Shown: positions 22,393 to 32,827, counted from the stretch's first letter. The stretch: DNA of 64,000 nt from Noviherbaspirillum sp. (GCA_035626875.1 DASPMV010000007.1:19848-83847); one strand, 5' to 3'. The notes: generated by a model not told the origin, from the sequence alone. Numbers and translations: made by a program.

Positions 22393-23517
22393 ATGAAAAA
22401 GTTTAGCACAGCCGCCCTCGTTCTCGCGCTCGCCTCCGTTAACGGCAGCGCGCTCGCAGCAGGCGAAGAAGCGATGAACAACCCGCGCTGTGCCTTCCTG
22501 CAGAACGCGCCGGACCAGCACACCGTGGTACGCGGAGATACCCTATGGGATATTTCCGGCCGTTTCCTCCAGAACGCCTGGTGCTGGCCGCAGGTCTGGG
22601 GCATGAACAAGGAAGAGATCCGCAATCCGCACCTGATCTACCCGGGCCAGATCGTTTACTTCGACCGTGCAGCGGGTCGTTTGCGTCTTGGCAAACCAGT
22701 CGGTGGCAATGGCGGACAGGATGGACGGGGCAACCAGACCGTCAAACTGACGCCACAATTGCGCACGGAAGGTCTGGGCCAGGAGGCCGTTCCCGCCATT
22801 CCGTCGAACATCATCGAACCCTTCCTGTCCCAGCCGCTGGTTGTCGCCGAGGGCGAGCTGAATGACGCGCCGCGGATTATCGCCACCCAGGAATCGCGCG
22901 TGATGCTGGGCAAGGATGACAAGGCGTATGTGCGCGGCGCGATCAATTCGGGCACTTCGTTCCAGGTCTTCCGTCCCGGCACGCCCCTGCGCGACCCCGA
23001 CACGAATGCGGTGATCGCCTATGAAGCCGCCTATCTCGGCACGATCAAGCTCGAACGCCTTGCGCGCACCCCGGACGAGGCGCATGTATTCAACGTCGTC
23101 AGCGTGAAGCAGGAGATGGCTGTCGGCGACCGCCTGTTGCCTGTTCCGCCCACGCCGATACTTAATTACGTGCCGCACCCGCCAGAAAAGGAAGTGGGCG
23201 GCCGCATCGTGTCGGTGTACGGTGGCGTGAGCCAGGCCGGCCAGAACCAGATCGTCACCATCAACCGTGGCAGGAAGGACGGCCTCGACATGGGGACGGT
23301 GCTGGAGCTGTTCCGCTACGGCCCGATCATCACCGACCGCACCGACAAAGGCTCCATGTGGACCTTCGGCCCCTGGGGCCGCACGCAGGTCAAGCTGCCC
23401 GACCACCGCTACGGCAGCCTGTTCGTCTTCCGTGTGTTCGATTCCATCTCCTACGGCCTCGTGATGCAGGTGACCGATACGGTGCAGGTCGGCGACGTCG
23501 CGAAATCGCCTGAATAA
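22393..23517 (+). CDS. LysM peptidoglycan-binding protein (TsaP-like)
   Basis: Signal peptide, HTVVRGDTLWDIS...NPHLIYPGQ; conserved position between def and dprA. Confidence 0.9.
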   Translation: MKKFSTAALVLALASVNGSALAAGEEAMNNPRCAFLQNAPDQHTVVRGDTLWDISGRFLQNAWCWPQVWGMNKEEIRNPHLIYPGQIVYFDRAAGRLRLGKPVGGNGGQDGRGNQTVKLTPQLRTEGLGQEAVPAIPSNIIEPFLSQPLVVAEGELNDAPRIIATQESRVMLGKDDKAYVRGAINSGTSFQVFRPGTPLRDPDTNAVIAYEAAYLGTIKLERLARTPDEAHVFNVVSVKQEMAVGDRLLPVPPTPILNYVPHPPEKEVGGRIVSVYGGVSQAGQNQIVTINRGRKDGLDMGTVLELFRYGPIITDRTDKGSMWTFGPWGRTQVKLPDHRYGSLFVFRVFDSISYGLVMQVTDTVQVGDVAKSPE

Positions 23518-23528
23518 ATCCAGGACGC

Positions 23529-24644
23529 ATGGAGCAAACGGGACGGGCGCACGAGCTGGCGCAGTGGATTCGGCTGGAACGCACGCCCGGCGTCGGCCCT
23601 GAAACCGCGCGCAAGCTGCTGACCGCATTCGGTCTGCCCGAGAACATCTTCGCGGCGGACCTTTCCTCGCTTCTTCAGGTGGTTCCCGACCGCATTGCGC
23701 GCGCACTGTGCGCGCCCATGCCCGACACAACGCGTGCACAAGTCGACAAGACGCTGGAATGGGCGTCACAGCCCGGCAACCACGTCCTCTCGCTCGCCGA
23801 CGAGCACTATCCGAAGTCCCTCCTGGACATCGCCGATCCGCCGATGGTCCTGTACGTCAAGGGCCGCGTCGATCTACTGTCGCACCGATCGATTGCCGTC
23901 GTCGGTAGCCGCAATGCGACGACGCAGGGCATGGTAAACGCCGAACAGTTTTCCGCCGTACTCAGCGATGCGGATCTCACGATCATTTCAGGACTCGCCC
24001 TCGGGATCGACACCGCGGCGCATACAGGCGGGCTGCGAGGCTGTGGCTCCACCGTCGCCGTCATCGGCACCGGCGCGGATATTGTTTACCCTGCACGCAA
24101 CCGCGCACTTGCACATCGCATCGCCGAGAGCGGCTGCATCGTCAGCGAATATCCACTCGGCACGGGTGCCCTCGCGGCCAACTTCCCTCGTCGTAATCGG
24201 ATCATCTCCGGACTGTCGCAAGGCGTTCTGGTCGTGGAAGCCGCCGCGCAGTCGGGATCATTGATCACCGCGCGTATGGCAGGCGAGCAAGGTCGCGATG
24301 TCTTCGCAATCCCTGGCTCCATTCATTCGCCGCTCTCAAAGGGATGCCACCTTCTCATCAAGCAGGGCGCCAAACTCGTCGAATGTGCGCAGGACGTGCT
24401 CGAAGAACTGCGGCTCACTCCCACGCCCGCACGTCAAACCACTCCGGTTAACGACGACAGGAAACCGGTTGTCGAACACGGCATCCTTGCCGCGCTAGGC
24501 TTCGATCCGGTCGCGCCGGACGTCCTCGCGCTGCGTTGTGAAATGGATATCGCCGCCCTGAATGCCGAATTGCTCACACTCGAATTGGACGGCCAGATCG
24601 AGATGCTCCCCGGCGGCATGGTGCGACGGCTCGCAACAACCTGA
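23529..24644 (+). CDS. dprA: DNA processing protein DprA
   Basis: AVVGSR, ISGLALGID, NFPRRNRIISGLS, SGSLITA motifs. Confidence 0.96.
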   Translation: MEQTGRAHELAQWIRLERTPGVGPETARKLLTAFGLPENIFAADLSSLLQVVPDRIARALCAPMPDTTRAQVDKTLEWASQPGNHVLSLADEHYPKSLLDIADPPMVLYVKGRVDLLSHRSIAVVGSRNATTQGMVNAEQFSAVLSDADLTIISGLALGIDTAAHTGGLRGCGSTVAVIGTGADIVYPARNRALAHRIAESGCIVSEYPLGTGALAANFPRRNRIISGLSQGVLVVEAAAQSGSLITARMAGEQGRDVFAIPGSIHSPLSKGCHLLIKQGAKLVECAQDVLEELRLTPTPARQTTPVNDDRKPVVEHGILAALGFDPVAPDVLALRCEMDIAALNAELLTLELDGQIEMLPGGMVRRLATT

Positions 24645-24853
24645 AACCAAATCTGCTGTCGGAGTTCCCGTTTTTGGGATATCCTGTAATCGTAAGGCCC
24701 GATAAACCTTGTACTGTCGCTGGCATGACACAGCTTTTTCCTGTGCGCGGCAACATCGCGTTTCAACAGGGATCGCACGACGAGCGTGTCATTTTTTGCA
24801 ACCTGGTCGCGGCGCCGCCTTCTGGCACAACGGCCTTAACGCTACAGTAAATC

Positions 24854-25330
24854 ATGTTTGACGTTCTCGTTTATCTCTACGAAACCTACTACCGCCCCGA
24901 CGCCTGCCCGGACTCGGAAGCGCTGGTCAAGAAGCTTTCGGCAGTCGGTTTCGAGGAAGAAGAGATTTCCAAGGCACTGGGCTGGCTGACCGACCTCGCA
25001 GAGGCCACCAACGAGTTTGCCGAAAGCTATCCGCAGCAAACCGCCTTTTCCTTTGGCATCCGCATTTACGCTCCACAGGAAATGGATGTGCTTGGCACGG
25101 AAGCGGTTGGCTTCCTGCAATTCCTGGAATCCGCCAAGGTCATCGACCCGATCCAGCGCGAAATCATCATCGAGCGCGCGCTCGCCGTCAGCGAATCGCA
25201 AGTGTCGCTGGACAAGATCAAGGTGATCGTCCTGATGGTCCTGTGGAGTCAGGGCAAGGAACCGGACGCGCTGATTTTCGACGAACTGTTCTCGACCGAC
25301 GAAGATTCCGAACCGCGCCTGATGCATTGA
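24854..25330 (+). CDS. smg: Smg (DUF494) protein
   Basis: [10 protein letters not shown] start; follows dprA. Confidence 0.92.
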   Translation: MFDVLVYLYETYYRPDACPDSEALVKKLSAVGFEEEEISKALGWLTDLAEATNEFAESYPQQTAFSFGIRIYAPQEMDVLGTEAVGFLQFLESAKVIDPIQREIIIERALAVSESQVSLDKIKVIVLMVLWSQGKEPDALIFDELFSTDEDSEPRLMH

Positions 25331-25565
25331 TGGCAACGTAACAAGAGCGCCTCCCCACTTGCTGCCGGTCAGCAAACCGGCGCGCGGTGGCGCTTCCCCC
25401 CTTCTCCTCGCTTGCGGTTTTCGCCGCATCACGCTTATCATTGGCCGCTAAAACTCCGGATCGTTGATATATTGGTAGGGTTTGCAGCCAGGCAAGCCTT
25501 GAGTCTGCCACGATTGCTGTCTATATATATAGGCGCTTGTCCGCGCCACTCTCGAGACCAACTTT

Positions 25566-28199
25566 ATGACTAAGACCCTCATCATCGCAGAGAAGCCCTC
25601 CGTCGCGAACGACATCGCGAAGGCGCTGGGCGGCTTTGCCAAGCACGATGAGTACTTTGAATCCGACGAGTACGTGCTGTCCTCCGCCGTCGGCCACCTG
25701 GTCGAGATCGGCGTTCCGGAAGAATATGACGTCAAACGCGGCAAGTGGACGTTCACGCACTTGCCGATGATCCCGCCGCACTTCGCCGTCACGCCGATCG
25801 CCAAGACGGAATCGCGGCTGAAGGTGCTGAACAAGCTGCTCAAGCGCAAGGATGTGTCCGCCGTCGTCAACGCATGCGACGCGGGCCGCGAGGGCGAGCT
25901 GATTTTCCGCCTGATCATGCAGTATGCGAAAGCCAAGCAGCCGATCAAGCGCCTGTGGCTGCAGTCCATGACCCCGGCTGCGATCCGCGACGGTTTTGCA
26001 CGGCTGCGTGAAGACAAGGAAATGTTGCCGCTTGCAGATGCCGCGCGTTGCCGCAGCGAAGCAGACTGGCTGATCGGGATCAACGGCACGCGTGCAATGA
26101 CCGCCTTCAACTCGAAGGATGGCGGCTTCTACCTGACGACCGTGGGTCGCGTGCAGACGCCGACGCTGTCGATCGTGGTGGAGCGTGAAGAGAAGATCAA
26201 GAATTTCGTGCCGCGCGATTACTGGGAAGTACGGGCCGAGTTCGTGTGCGCTGCCGGCATCTATGAAGGCCGCTGGCTCGACACGAAATTCAAGAAGGAC
26301 GAAACCGATCCCGAGAAGAAAGCCGAGCGTCTGTGGAGCAAGGCCGCGGCCGAGTCCATCGTTGCCGCCTGCCGCGGCAAGCAGGGCACGGTCACCGAGG
26401 AAGCGAAGCCGGCCACGCAACTGTCGCCCGCCCTCTTCGACCTGACCAGCCTGCAGCGCGAAGCCAACTCGCGTTTCGGTTTTTCCGCCAAGAACACTCT
26501 TGCACTCGCGCAGGCGCTGTACGAAAAGCACAAGGTGCTGACCTACCCGCGTACCGATTCGCGCCACCTGCCGGAAGACTACCTCGACACCGTCAAGCAG
26601 ACGCTGGATGTGGTCGCCGAGAACAACAACTATCACCAGTTTGCCAAGCAGATCCTGAACAAGAACTGGGTGAAGCCGAACAAGCGCATCTTCGACAACG
26701 CGAAGATCAGCGACCACTTCGCAATCATCCCGACGCTTCAGGCGCCAAAGAACCTTTCCGAGCCGGAACAGAAGCTCTACGACCTGGTGGTGCGCCGCTT
26801 CATGGCGGTGTTCTTCCCCGCCGCCGAATACCTCGTGACGACCCGCTTCACTGAAGTGTCAGGCCACACCTTCAAGACCGAAGGCAAGGTCATGACCAAC
26901 GCGGGCTGGCTGGCAATCTACGGCAAGGAAGCAGCCAACGACGAGGACAAGGACAAGGAAAACGCCGGCACGCTGGTACCCGTGGCGAAGGACGAGAAGG
27001 TCAAGACCGACAAGGTCGCCGCCAATGGGCTCGTCACCAAGCCGCCTGCACGCTATACGGAAGCGACGCTGCTCTCCGCAATGGAAGGCGCCGGCAAGCT
27101 GGTCGAGGATGAAGACCTGCGCGAAGCGATGGCCGGCAAGGGCCTCGGCACGCCGGCGACGCGCGCGGCGATCATTGAAGGCTTGCTGAACGAAAAATAC
27201 CTGCTGCGCGAAGGCCGCGAACTCATTCCTACCGCCAAGGCCTTCCAGCTGATGACACTGCTGCGCGGCCTCGGCGTGGATGAACTTACTGCGCCCGAAC
27301 TGACCGGCGAATGGGAGTACAAGCTGTCGCAGATGGAGCGCGGCAAGATCTCCCGCGAAGAATTCATGCGCGAGATCGCGCAGATGACGCAGATCATCGT
27401 CAAGCGTGCGAAGGAATACAACAACGACACCATTCCCGGCGACTATGCGACGCTGAAGACGCCCTGCCCGAATTGCGGCGGCGTGGTGAAGGAAAACTAT
27501 CGCCGCTTCGCCTGCACCAAGTGCGAATTCTCGATGACCAAGATCCCCGGCAGCCGGCAGTTCGAAATCGCCGAAGTCGAGGAGTTGCTGCAGAAGCGCG
27601 AGATCGGTCCGTTGCAGGGCTTCCGCTCGAAGATGGGCCGTCCGTTCGCGGCCATCCTGAAGATCGTGCGCGACGAAGAGAATAACAACTTCAAGCTGGA
27701 GTTCGATTTCGGCCAGGCGCAGGATGAAGGCGAGGACGGCGAAGGCGTCGACTTCAGCAACCAGACGCCGCTCGGCGCCTGCCCGAAATGCGGCAGCGGC
27801 GTGTACGAAATGGGTCTCGCCTACGTGTGCGAGAAGACCGTCGCCAAGCCGAAGGCCTGCGACTTCCGAAGCGGACGCATCATCCTGCAGCAGGAGATCG
27901 TGCCGGAACAGATGGCCAAGCTGCTCAACGACGGCAAGACTGACCTGCTGCCCGGCTTCATCTCGCAGCGCACGCGCCGTCCTTTCAAGGCTTACCTCGT
28001 GAAGGACAAGAACGGCAAGGTGAGCTTCGAGTTCGAAGAGCGCAAGGCCAAGGTGCCTGCGAAGGGCAAGGCCGCCGAGGAAACGCAGGAAGAAGAAGCG
28101 CCGAAGAAGCCCGCAACAAAGACTGCGGCCAAGACGGCGGCGAAGACTGCCGTGAAGAAACCGGCAGCGAAGAAGGCGACGGCCAAGAAAGCGGCCTAA
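25566..28199 (+). CDS. topB: DNA topoisomerase III (type IA)
   Basis: IIAEKPSVA, DAGREGE, GRVQTPTL, TYPRTDS catalytic Tyr, Zn ribbons, Lys/Ala-rich tail. Confidence 0.93.
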   Translation: MTKTLIIAEKPSVANDIAKALGGFAKHDEYFESDEYVLSSAVGHLVEIGVPEEYDVKRGKWTFTHLPMIPPHFAVTPIAKTESRLKVLNKLLKRKDVSAVVNACDAGREGELIFRLIMQYAKAKQPIKRLWLQSMTPAAIRDGFARLREDKEMLPLADAARCRSEADWLIGINGTRAMTAFNSKDGGFYLTTVGRVQTPTLSIVVEREEKIKNFVPRDYWEVRAEFVCAAGIYEGRWLDTKFKKDETDPEKKAERLWSKAAAESIVAACRGKQGTVTEEAKPATQLSPALFDLTSLQREANSRFGFSAKNTLALAQALYEKHKVLTYPRTDSRHLPEDYLDTVKQTLDVVAENNNYHQFAKQILNKNWVKPNKRIFDNAKISDHFAIIPTLQAPKNLSEPEQKLYDLVVRRFMAVFFPAAEYLVTTRFTEVSGHTFKTEGKVMTNAGWLAIYGKEAANDEDKDKENAGTLVPVAKDEKVKTDKVAANGLVTKPPARYTEATLLSAMEGAGKLVEDEDLREAMAGKGLGTPATRAAIIEGLLNEKYLLREGRELIPTAKAFQLMTLLRGLGVDELTAPELTGEWEYKLSQMERGKISREEFMREIAQMTQIIVKRAKEYNNDTIPGDYATLKTPCPNCGGVVKENYRRFACTKCEFSMTKIPGSRQFEIAEVEELLQKREIGPLQGFRSKMGRPFAAILKIVRDEENNNFKLEFDFGQAQDEGEDGEGVDFSNQTPLGACPKCGSGVYEMGLAYVCEKTVAKPKACDFRSGRIILQQEIVPEQMAKLLNDGKTDLLPGFISQRTRRPFKAYLVKDKNGKVSFEFEERKAKVPAKGKAAEETQEEEAPKKPATKTAAKTAAKTAVKKPAAKKATAKKAA

Positions 28200-28223
28200 T
28201 TTCTTCCGAGCGAGGAGCAGTCC

Positions 28224-28568
28224 GTGAACGAAATCATCGAGACCAGTCCGTCCAAGGACGAATGCAACCTCGCGATGCTGGCCCACCTGCTCGGCATCTT
28301 CAGCGGCTTTGTCGGCGCCCTCGTGCTGTGGCTGGTCAAGCGTGAAGACAACGGCTTCGCCGCCCAGGAAGCACGCGAGGCGCTCAACTTCCAGATCACG
28401 GTCGCCATCGCGCTGATGGCGGCCTTCATCCTGAAGTTCGTGCTGATCGGCTTCCTGCTGGTTCCGCTGGTCTTCCTTGCCAACTTCATCTTCTGCCTGC
28501 TCGCCGCGGTTTCGACGGCGAAGGGCAAGCCATACCGGTATCCGCTGGCAGTGCGGCTCGTCAACTAA
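28224..28568 (+). CDS. DUF4870 membrane protein
   Basis: GAGGAG RBS; AMLAHL, EALNFQIT, YRYPL. Confidence 0.88.
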   Translation: MNEIIETSPSKDECNLAMLAHLLGIFSGFVGALVLWLVKREDNGFAAQEAREALNFQITVAIALMAAFILKFVLIGFLLVPLVFLANFIFCLLAAVSTAKGKPYRYPLAVRLVN

Positions 28569-28969
28569 CGCGTCGGCTCGAGCCCTTCGTAGCGCGGCAA
28601 GTCGTCGTCCATTGCCGCCCATGGTGGCAGGTTCGTGGCAAAGATGTGCGCCACCGGCTTCGCATCGGTCGGCGTATCGATCGTTCCCATCCGCAGCCTC
28701 AGCATGCCGGGCAACTCGTCCTTGCGGGAATACAGCGGCGAACCGCATTGCCGGCAGAACGCGCGTTTCTTGCCGGGCGAGGATTCGTATTCCGCGATCA
28801 GGTCCGGCCCAGACAGCCATCGGAACGACACGGTATCGATCGGCGCGGCGATGACGGTGCTGCTGCCCTGCGCCTTGCGGCAATCGCTGCAGTGGCAGAC
28901 GGTGATGGTGCCGAACTCTCCCGCGTACTCGTACTGCACGCCGCGGCACATACAGCTTCCACGAATCAT
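28565..28969 (-). CDS. GFA (Mss4-like) family Zn protein
   Basis: GSCMC, CHCSDCRK, FCRQCGS. Confidence 0.9.
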   Translation of the reverse strand: MIRGSCMCRGVQYEYAGEFGTITVCHCSDCRKAQGSSTVIAAPIDTVSFRWLSGPDLIAEYESSPGKKRAFCRQCGSPLYSRKDELPGMLRLRMGTIDTPTDAKPVAHIFATNLPPWAAMDDDLPRYEGLEPTR

Positions 28970-29850
28970 GTTGTTCCTTTCAGGTAGGTTTTGATGACGG
29001 CCGCGTCGTCGAGCTCGGCCCAACCGTTATCGACGGTCTTGCGGAAGATATCGAGTGCCGCGTCGCCGAGCGGCGTGTGATACTGCGCCTTGTCTGCCAT
29101 GGCAGTGGCAAGGGTCATGTCCTTGGTCAGGATGTGCGCGAAGGCACGTGCTTCGAAGTCTTCCCTGAGCGCACGCGCCATGCGATCCTGGAAGATCCAT
29201 GAGTTGCCGCTCGATGCGCAGATGACGTCGAACAGCTTGTGCGGATCGAGACCGATCTTCATGCCGAGCGCGAGCGCCTCGGCGCCGGCGACGAGATTGA
29301 TTCCCGCGAGGAGATTGTTGACGAGCTTGGCCCTGGCGCCATCGCCGATGGTCTCGCTGATGCGGTACTGCTTGTCGCTGAGCGCATCCAGCACATGCGC
29401 ATGACACCGCAGCACTGCATCCTCGCCCGCGATCATCATGCTCATCGTGCCCGCCTCCGCGCGTGCGGGACCGCCGGAGATCGGCGCGTCGATGGTGGCG
29501 ACGCCGTGATCCGCGAGTCGCTGCGCAATGCGGATCGAATCTTCCGGCGCAATCGTCGAACACAGCATCACGCATTTACCCTGCAGCGAAACACGCGTGA
29601 GCCCGTCGGCACCAAAGAGCACATCGTCGATCTGCGGCGCGTTGACGACCACGACGATGACGAGATCCGCCTGCGCTGCTAAAGACGCGGGCGAGGGCCA
29701 CGCGGCCATGCCGATTTCGCGCGCCGCTGCTTCTGCTTCCGGGCGGATGTCACGCACATGCACGCTGAATCCGTTCCGGTGAAGGTTCTTTGCCATTGCC
29801 ATTCCCATGGCGCCGATTCCGATGAGGCCGAGCTTCGTGTCTGGCTGCAT
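28966..29850 (-). CDS. Beta-hydroxyacid dehydrogenase family (LtnD/HIBADH-like)
   Basis: GIGAMG Rossmann motif, DAPISGG, KLVNNLL catalytic Lys. Confidence 0.88.
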   Translation of the reverse strand: MQPDTKLGLIGIGAMGMAMAKNLHRNGFSVHVRDIRPEAEAAAREIGMAAWPSPASLAAQADLVIVVVVNAPQIDDVLFGADGLTRVSLQGKCVMLCSTIAPEDSIRIAQRLADHGVATIDAPISGGPARAEAGTMSMMIAGEDAVLRCHAHVLDALSDKQYRISETIGDGARAKLVNNLLAGINLVAGAEALALGMKIGLDPHKLFDVICASSGNSWIFQDRMARALREDFEARAFAHILTKDMTLATAMADKAQYHTPLGDAALDIFRKTVDNGWAELDDAAVIKTYLKGTT

Positions 29851-29883
29851 GATTATCCTGATTCATCTGGGAAAATTCCGGGC

Positions 29884-29912
29884 GGAACTCCCACCGTAAC
29901 GTCATGGTCGAA
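29884..29912 (+). promoter_or_regulatory. SigmaE/AlgU-type ECF promoter
   Basis: GGAACTC-N16-GTCGAA upstream of the OsmB-like gene. Confidence 0.55.
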
Positions 29913-29970
29913 CTGTGACAAGCAACGTGCATCGCGCCCGCGGTGCGTCCAATTCTCCCGGAGGAAAAAA

Positions 29971-30192
29971 ATGAACACACGCAGACTGATCTCCATCACC
30001 GGTGCGCTCTCGCTCGCATTCACCCTTACCGCCTGCGGCACGACGACGCGCCAGCAGGTCGGCATCGGCACCGGCGCCGTCCTCGGCGGCATGGCCGGCA
30101 GTGCCGTGACCAATGGCAGCACCATCGGCACGGTCGGTGGCGCAGCCGTCGGCGGCGTCATCGGCAACGAGGTCGCGAAAAAGAAAAGGTAA
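29971..30192 (+). CDS. OsmB-like glycine-zipper lipoprotein
   Basis: GGAGG RBS; LTAC lipobox; GTGAVLGG...GAAVGGVIG. Confidence 0.88.
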   Translation: MNTRRLISITGALSLAFTLTACGTTTRQQVGIGTGAVLGGMAGSAVTNGSTIGTVGGAAVGGVIGNEVAKKKR

Positions 30193-30395
30193 GAAGTTGT
30201 AACGCGATGGTGCGCGACGGCAGTCTTGCTTTGCGCGCCATCACCCCCGCCCCTCACCTCATCCCTGCGCAAGCCCTTGATTCATGGGGCACTCCCACGC
30301 GGCGGCGTCTCGCCCCAATTGCCCCTTCCCGCTGCACGACCAGTTTGCACGCTATTCGCCCTCGGAAGACCTCGCTGCCCGAGAGAAACCAGGCC

Positions 30396-30422
30396 GGAAC
30401 TTTCGTTAGTTGAAAGATTCTA
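30396..30422 (+). promoter_or_regulatory. SigmaE/AlgU-type ECF promoter
   Basis: GGAACTT-N16-TCTA upstream of the Ser/Gly-rich lipoprotein. Confidence 0.55.
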
Positions 30423-30492
30423 CACACTCGCATACATGCCATTCTGGCATGAATGGCTTACGTGCTTTGCGATCTTTTCAAGGAGAATACTT

Positions 30493-30837
30493 ATGTTGAA
30501 ATGGACTATCCCACTGGCATGCGCACTCGTCCTCGCAGCTTGCGGTACCGGCAGAATGTCTGGCATGGGCGGCTCGTCGTCCGGTTCGTCGGCAACATCA
30601 CCGAGCTCGTCGTCCGGCGCATCGGGTAGCTACGGCACATCCGGTTCCGGCAGCTCGTCGACCAGCAGCCCGAGCAGCTCCTCCGGCTCCGGTATGTCCT
30701 CCGGCTCCGGCACGTCCTCCGGCTCGGCTGACACTTCGAGCGGCAGCTCGGGTTCCGGCACCACGACCGGTACCGGCGTCAACTCCGGAGCAGCGACCGG
30801 CAGCGGCGGAGCAGGCAGCGGCTCCACTTCGAAATAA
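30493..30837 (+). CDS. Ser/Gly/Thr-rich low-complexity lipoprotein
   Basis: AAGGAG RBS; LAAC lipobox; mature part almost entirely S, G, T, A. Confidence 0.8.
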   Translation: MLKWTIPLACALVLAACGTGRMSGMGGSSSGSSATSPSSSSGASGSYGTSGSGSSSTSSPSSSSGSGMSSGSGTSSGSADTSSGSSGSGTTTGTGVNSGAATGSGGAGSGSTSK

Positions 30838-30870
30838 TCTGTGCCTCTAGTGTGCAGCGCGCCAACTGCG

Positions 30871-31356
30871 TCAGGCGCCGCACACTATGCCTTCATGCGC
30901 AAGCAGGTAGCGCTTGCGTTCCAGCCCCCCAGCATATCCCGATAACCGTCCGGACGTGCCGAGCACACGGTGGCAGGGCACGATGATCGACACCGGATTG
31001 CGACCGATGGCGGTGCCCACAGCGCGTATCGCTTTGGGGTTGCACACACGATGGGCGATGGTCTGGTAGCTTGTCGTGCCACCGAATGGCAAGTCCTGCA
31101 GCGCTTCCCACACTGCGCGCTGAAACGGCGTTCCCTCGATGTCGAGTGCAATATCGAAGCAGTTGCGGGCCTTCATGAAATACTCGTCAAGTTGGCGCAT
31201 CGCCTCCCGCAGGTGCGTATTTTCCGGATTGCGCCTCCATCCCTCTGGCCCATTGAAATATCTGTGCTCCTCGAAGTAAAGGCCGCACAAGCCTTGTCCC
31301 GTTGCCGCAAGCAGCAGCTTGCCGATAGGGGTCGGGTGTTCGGTATAGTCGATCAT
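30871..31356 (-). CDS. ogt: Methylated-DNA--protein-cysteine methyltransferase
   Basis: GTPFQRAVW, RAVGTAIGRNP, PCHRV active site. Confidence 0.93.
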   Translation of the reverse strand: MIDYTEHPTPIGKLLLAATGQGLCGLYFEEHRYFNGPEGWRRNPENTHLREAMRQLDEYFMKARNCFDIALDIEGTPFQRAVWEALQDLPFGGTTSYQTIAHRVCNPKAIRAVGTAIGRNPVSIIVPCHRVLGTSGRLSGYAGGLERKRYLLAHEGIVCGA

Positions 31357-31357
31357 G

Positions 31358-32827
31358 TCATGCCATCCATAAAGCGAGCGCTGCATAGCCGCGCCAGGGA
31401 GACCAGGCCGCTGCGCGTGCGGCGAGTTGTTTTTCGGTGAGCCGCGCGCCGTCGGCAGCGGCTGCCTTTTGCAAGCCAAGATCGCCCGCAGGAAAGGCAT
31501 CGGGATAGCGCAGTGCGCGCAGGGCAATATAGTGTGCGGTCCAGTCGCCAATTCCTCGCACGGACTTCAGACGCTCCACGGTGTCGGACAAGGCGAGACC
31601 TGGCTGAACCGGCATGCCGTGCTCGGCGGTGAACCGTGCGAGGTTCCGTATTGTCTCGGCGCGTGTCGCTGGCAATCCGATGGCAGCGATCTCCTGCATC
31701 TCGACCGCGGCAAGTCTCTCCGGAGCCGGGAAGTGATGCGTGACGCAGGCGAAAGGGGTCTCCGCCGCCGTGCCGAAACGCTGGACAAGCCGACCGGACA
31801 GTGTCGTCGCCCCTGCTACGCTGACCTGCTGCCCGAGCACCGCCCGCACAGCAAGCTCGAATGCATCAAATGCACCCGGCACACGTAAACCGGGCATGGC
31901 AAGAATGCGTGCTTCGAGGAGCGGGTCATGCATCAGATGAGCCTCGATCACGGCGGGATTGGCATCGAGGTCGAACTGGCTGCGTATGCGCGCGATCAAT
32001 GGCATCAAGTGCACCGCAAGCGATGCGGACACTTCCAGCTCAAGCTGCTGCCGTGCAGGCACATGCGTGACGCGCAGCCAGCCGTCGGTCTCTGCGATCC
32101 GCACGCTGCGCACGTAGGCACCATCCTGCACCGATTCCACGCCGGCGATCGCCCTTCCACCCAAGTACCGCAGGAGGTTCTCCCATTGATACGGTGGACG
32201 GTAAGCGAGGCGCAAGACCAGTGCATCGCGCTCGATATCCTCTTCTCGTGCCTGCGCGCGCCGGATGGCAGTGGGCGCGATACCGTAACGTTGCGCAAAC
32301 AACGCATTGAACCGACGCACGCTGCCGAACCCGGCCGCATAGGCGATGTCGGTCATCGGCATGTGCGTCTCCTGCAGCAGTTTTTTTGCGAACAGGAGGC
32401 GCTGGGTCTGCGCCAGTTCGACAGGCGTCACGCCAAAGTGCTGGAGCAGCACGCGGCGCAACTGGCGGGACGAAAGGCCGACCTCGCCGGCGAGGCGTTC
32501 GACATTGCCGTCGTTCAGCGCACCCGCGGCGATGCGTTGCCAGACGGCGTGCGCCAGGTTTTCCTGCAAGGCGTAAGGCGCCAGTTCCGGCCGGCAGCGC
32601 AGGCAGGGCCGGAACCCTGCCGCTTCGGCCGCCGCTGCCGTCCCAAAAAAGAGGCAGGACGATTCGCGCGGCGTCTTGACGCTGCACACCGGGCGGCAGT
32701 AGATCCCGGTCGTCTTGACGCCCGTGAAGAACACGCCGTCGAAGCGGGCGTCGCGCGCCGCAAGGGCGCGGTAGCAGCTTTCACGGTCGAGGGCCGGGAC
32801 GACAGGCGCGTGCGTGGCGGAGTTCAT
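31358..32827 (-). CDS. alkA: Ada(N)-AraC-AlkA fusion: adaptive-response regulator / 3-methyladenine DNA glycosylase
   Basis: ARDARFDG, YCRPVC, RPCLRCRP Zn site, AraC HTH, LGQQVSV, HhH GIGDWTA, WSPWRGYA. Confidence 0.92.
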   Translation of the reverse strand: MNSATHAPVVPALDRESCYRALAARDARFDGVFFTGVKTTGIYCRPVCSVKTPRESSCLFFGTAAAAEAAGFRPCLRCRPELAPYALQENLAHAVWQRIAAGALNDGNVERLAGEVGLSSRQLRRVLLQHFGVTPVELAQTQRLLFAKKLLQETHMPMTDIAYAAGFGSVRRFNALFAQRYGIAPTAIRRAQAREEDIERDALVLRLAYRPPYQWENLLRYLGGRAIAGVESVQDGAYVRSVRIAETDGWLRVTHVPARQQLELEVSASLAVHLMPLIARIRSQFDLDANPAVIEAHLMHDPLLEARILAMPGLRVPGAFDAFELAVRAVLGQQVSVAGATTLSGRLVQRFGTAAETPFACVTHHFPAPERLAAVEMQEIAAIGLPATRAETIRNLARFTAEHGMPVQPGLALSDTVERLKSVRGIGDWTAHYIALRALRYPDAFPAGDLGLQKAAAADGARLTEKQLAARAAAWSPWRGYAALALWMA

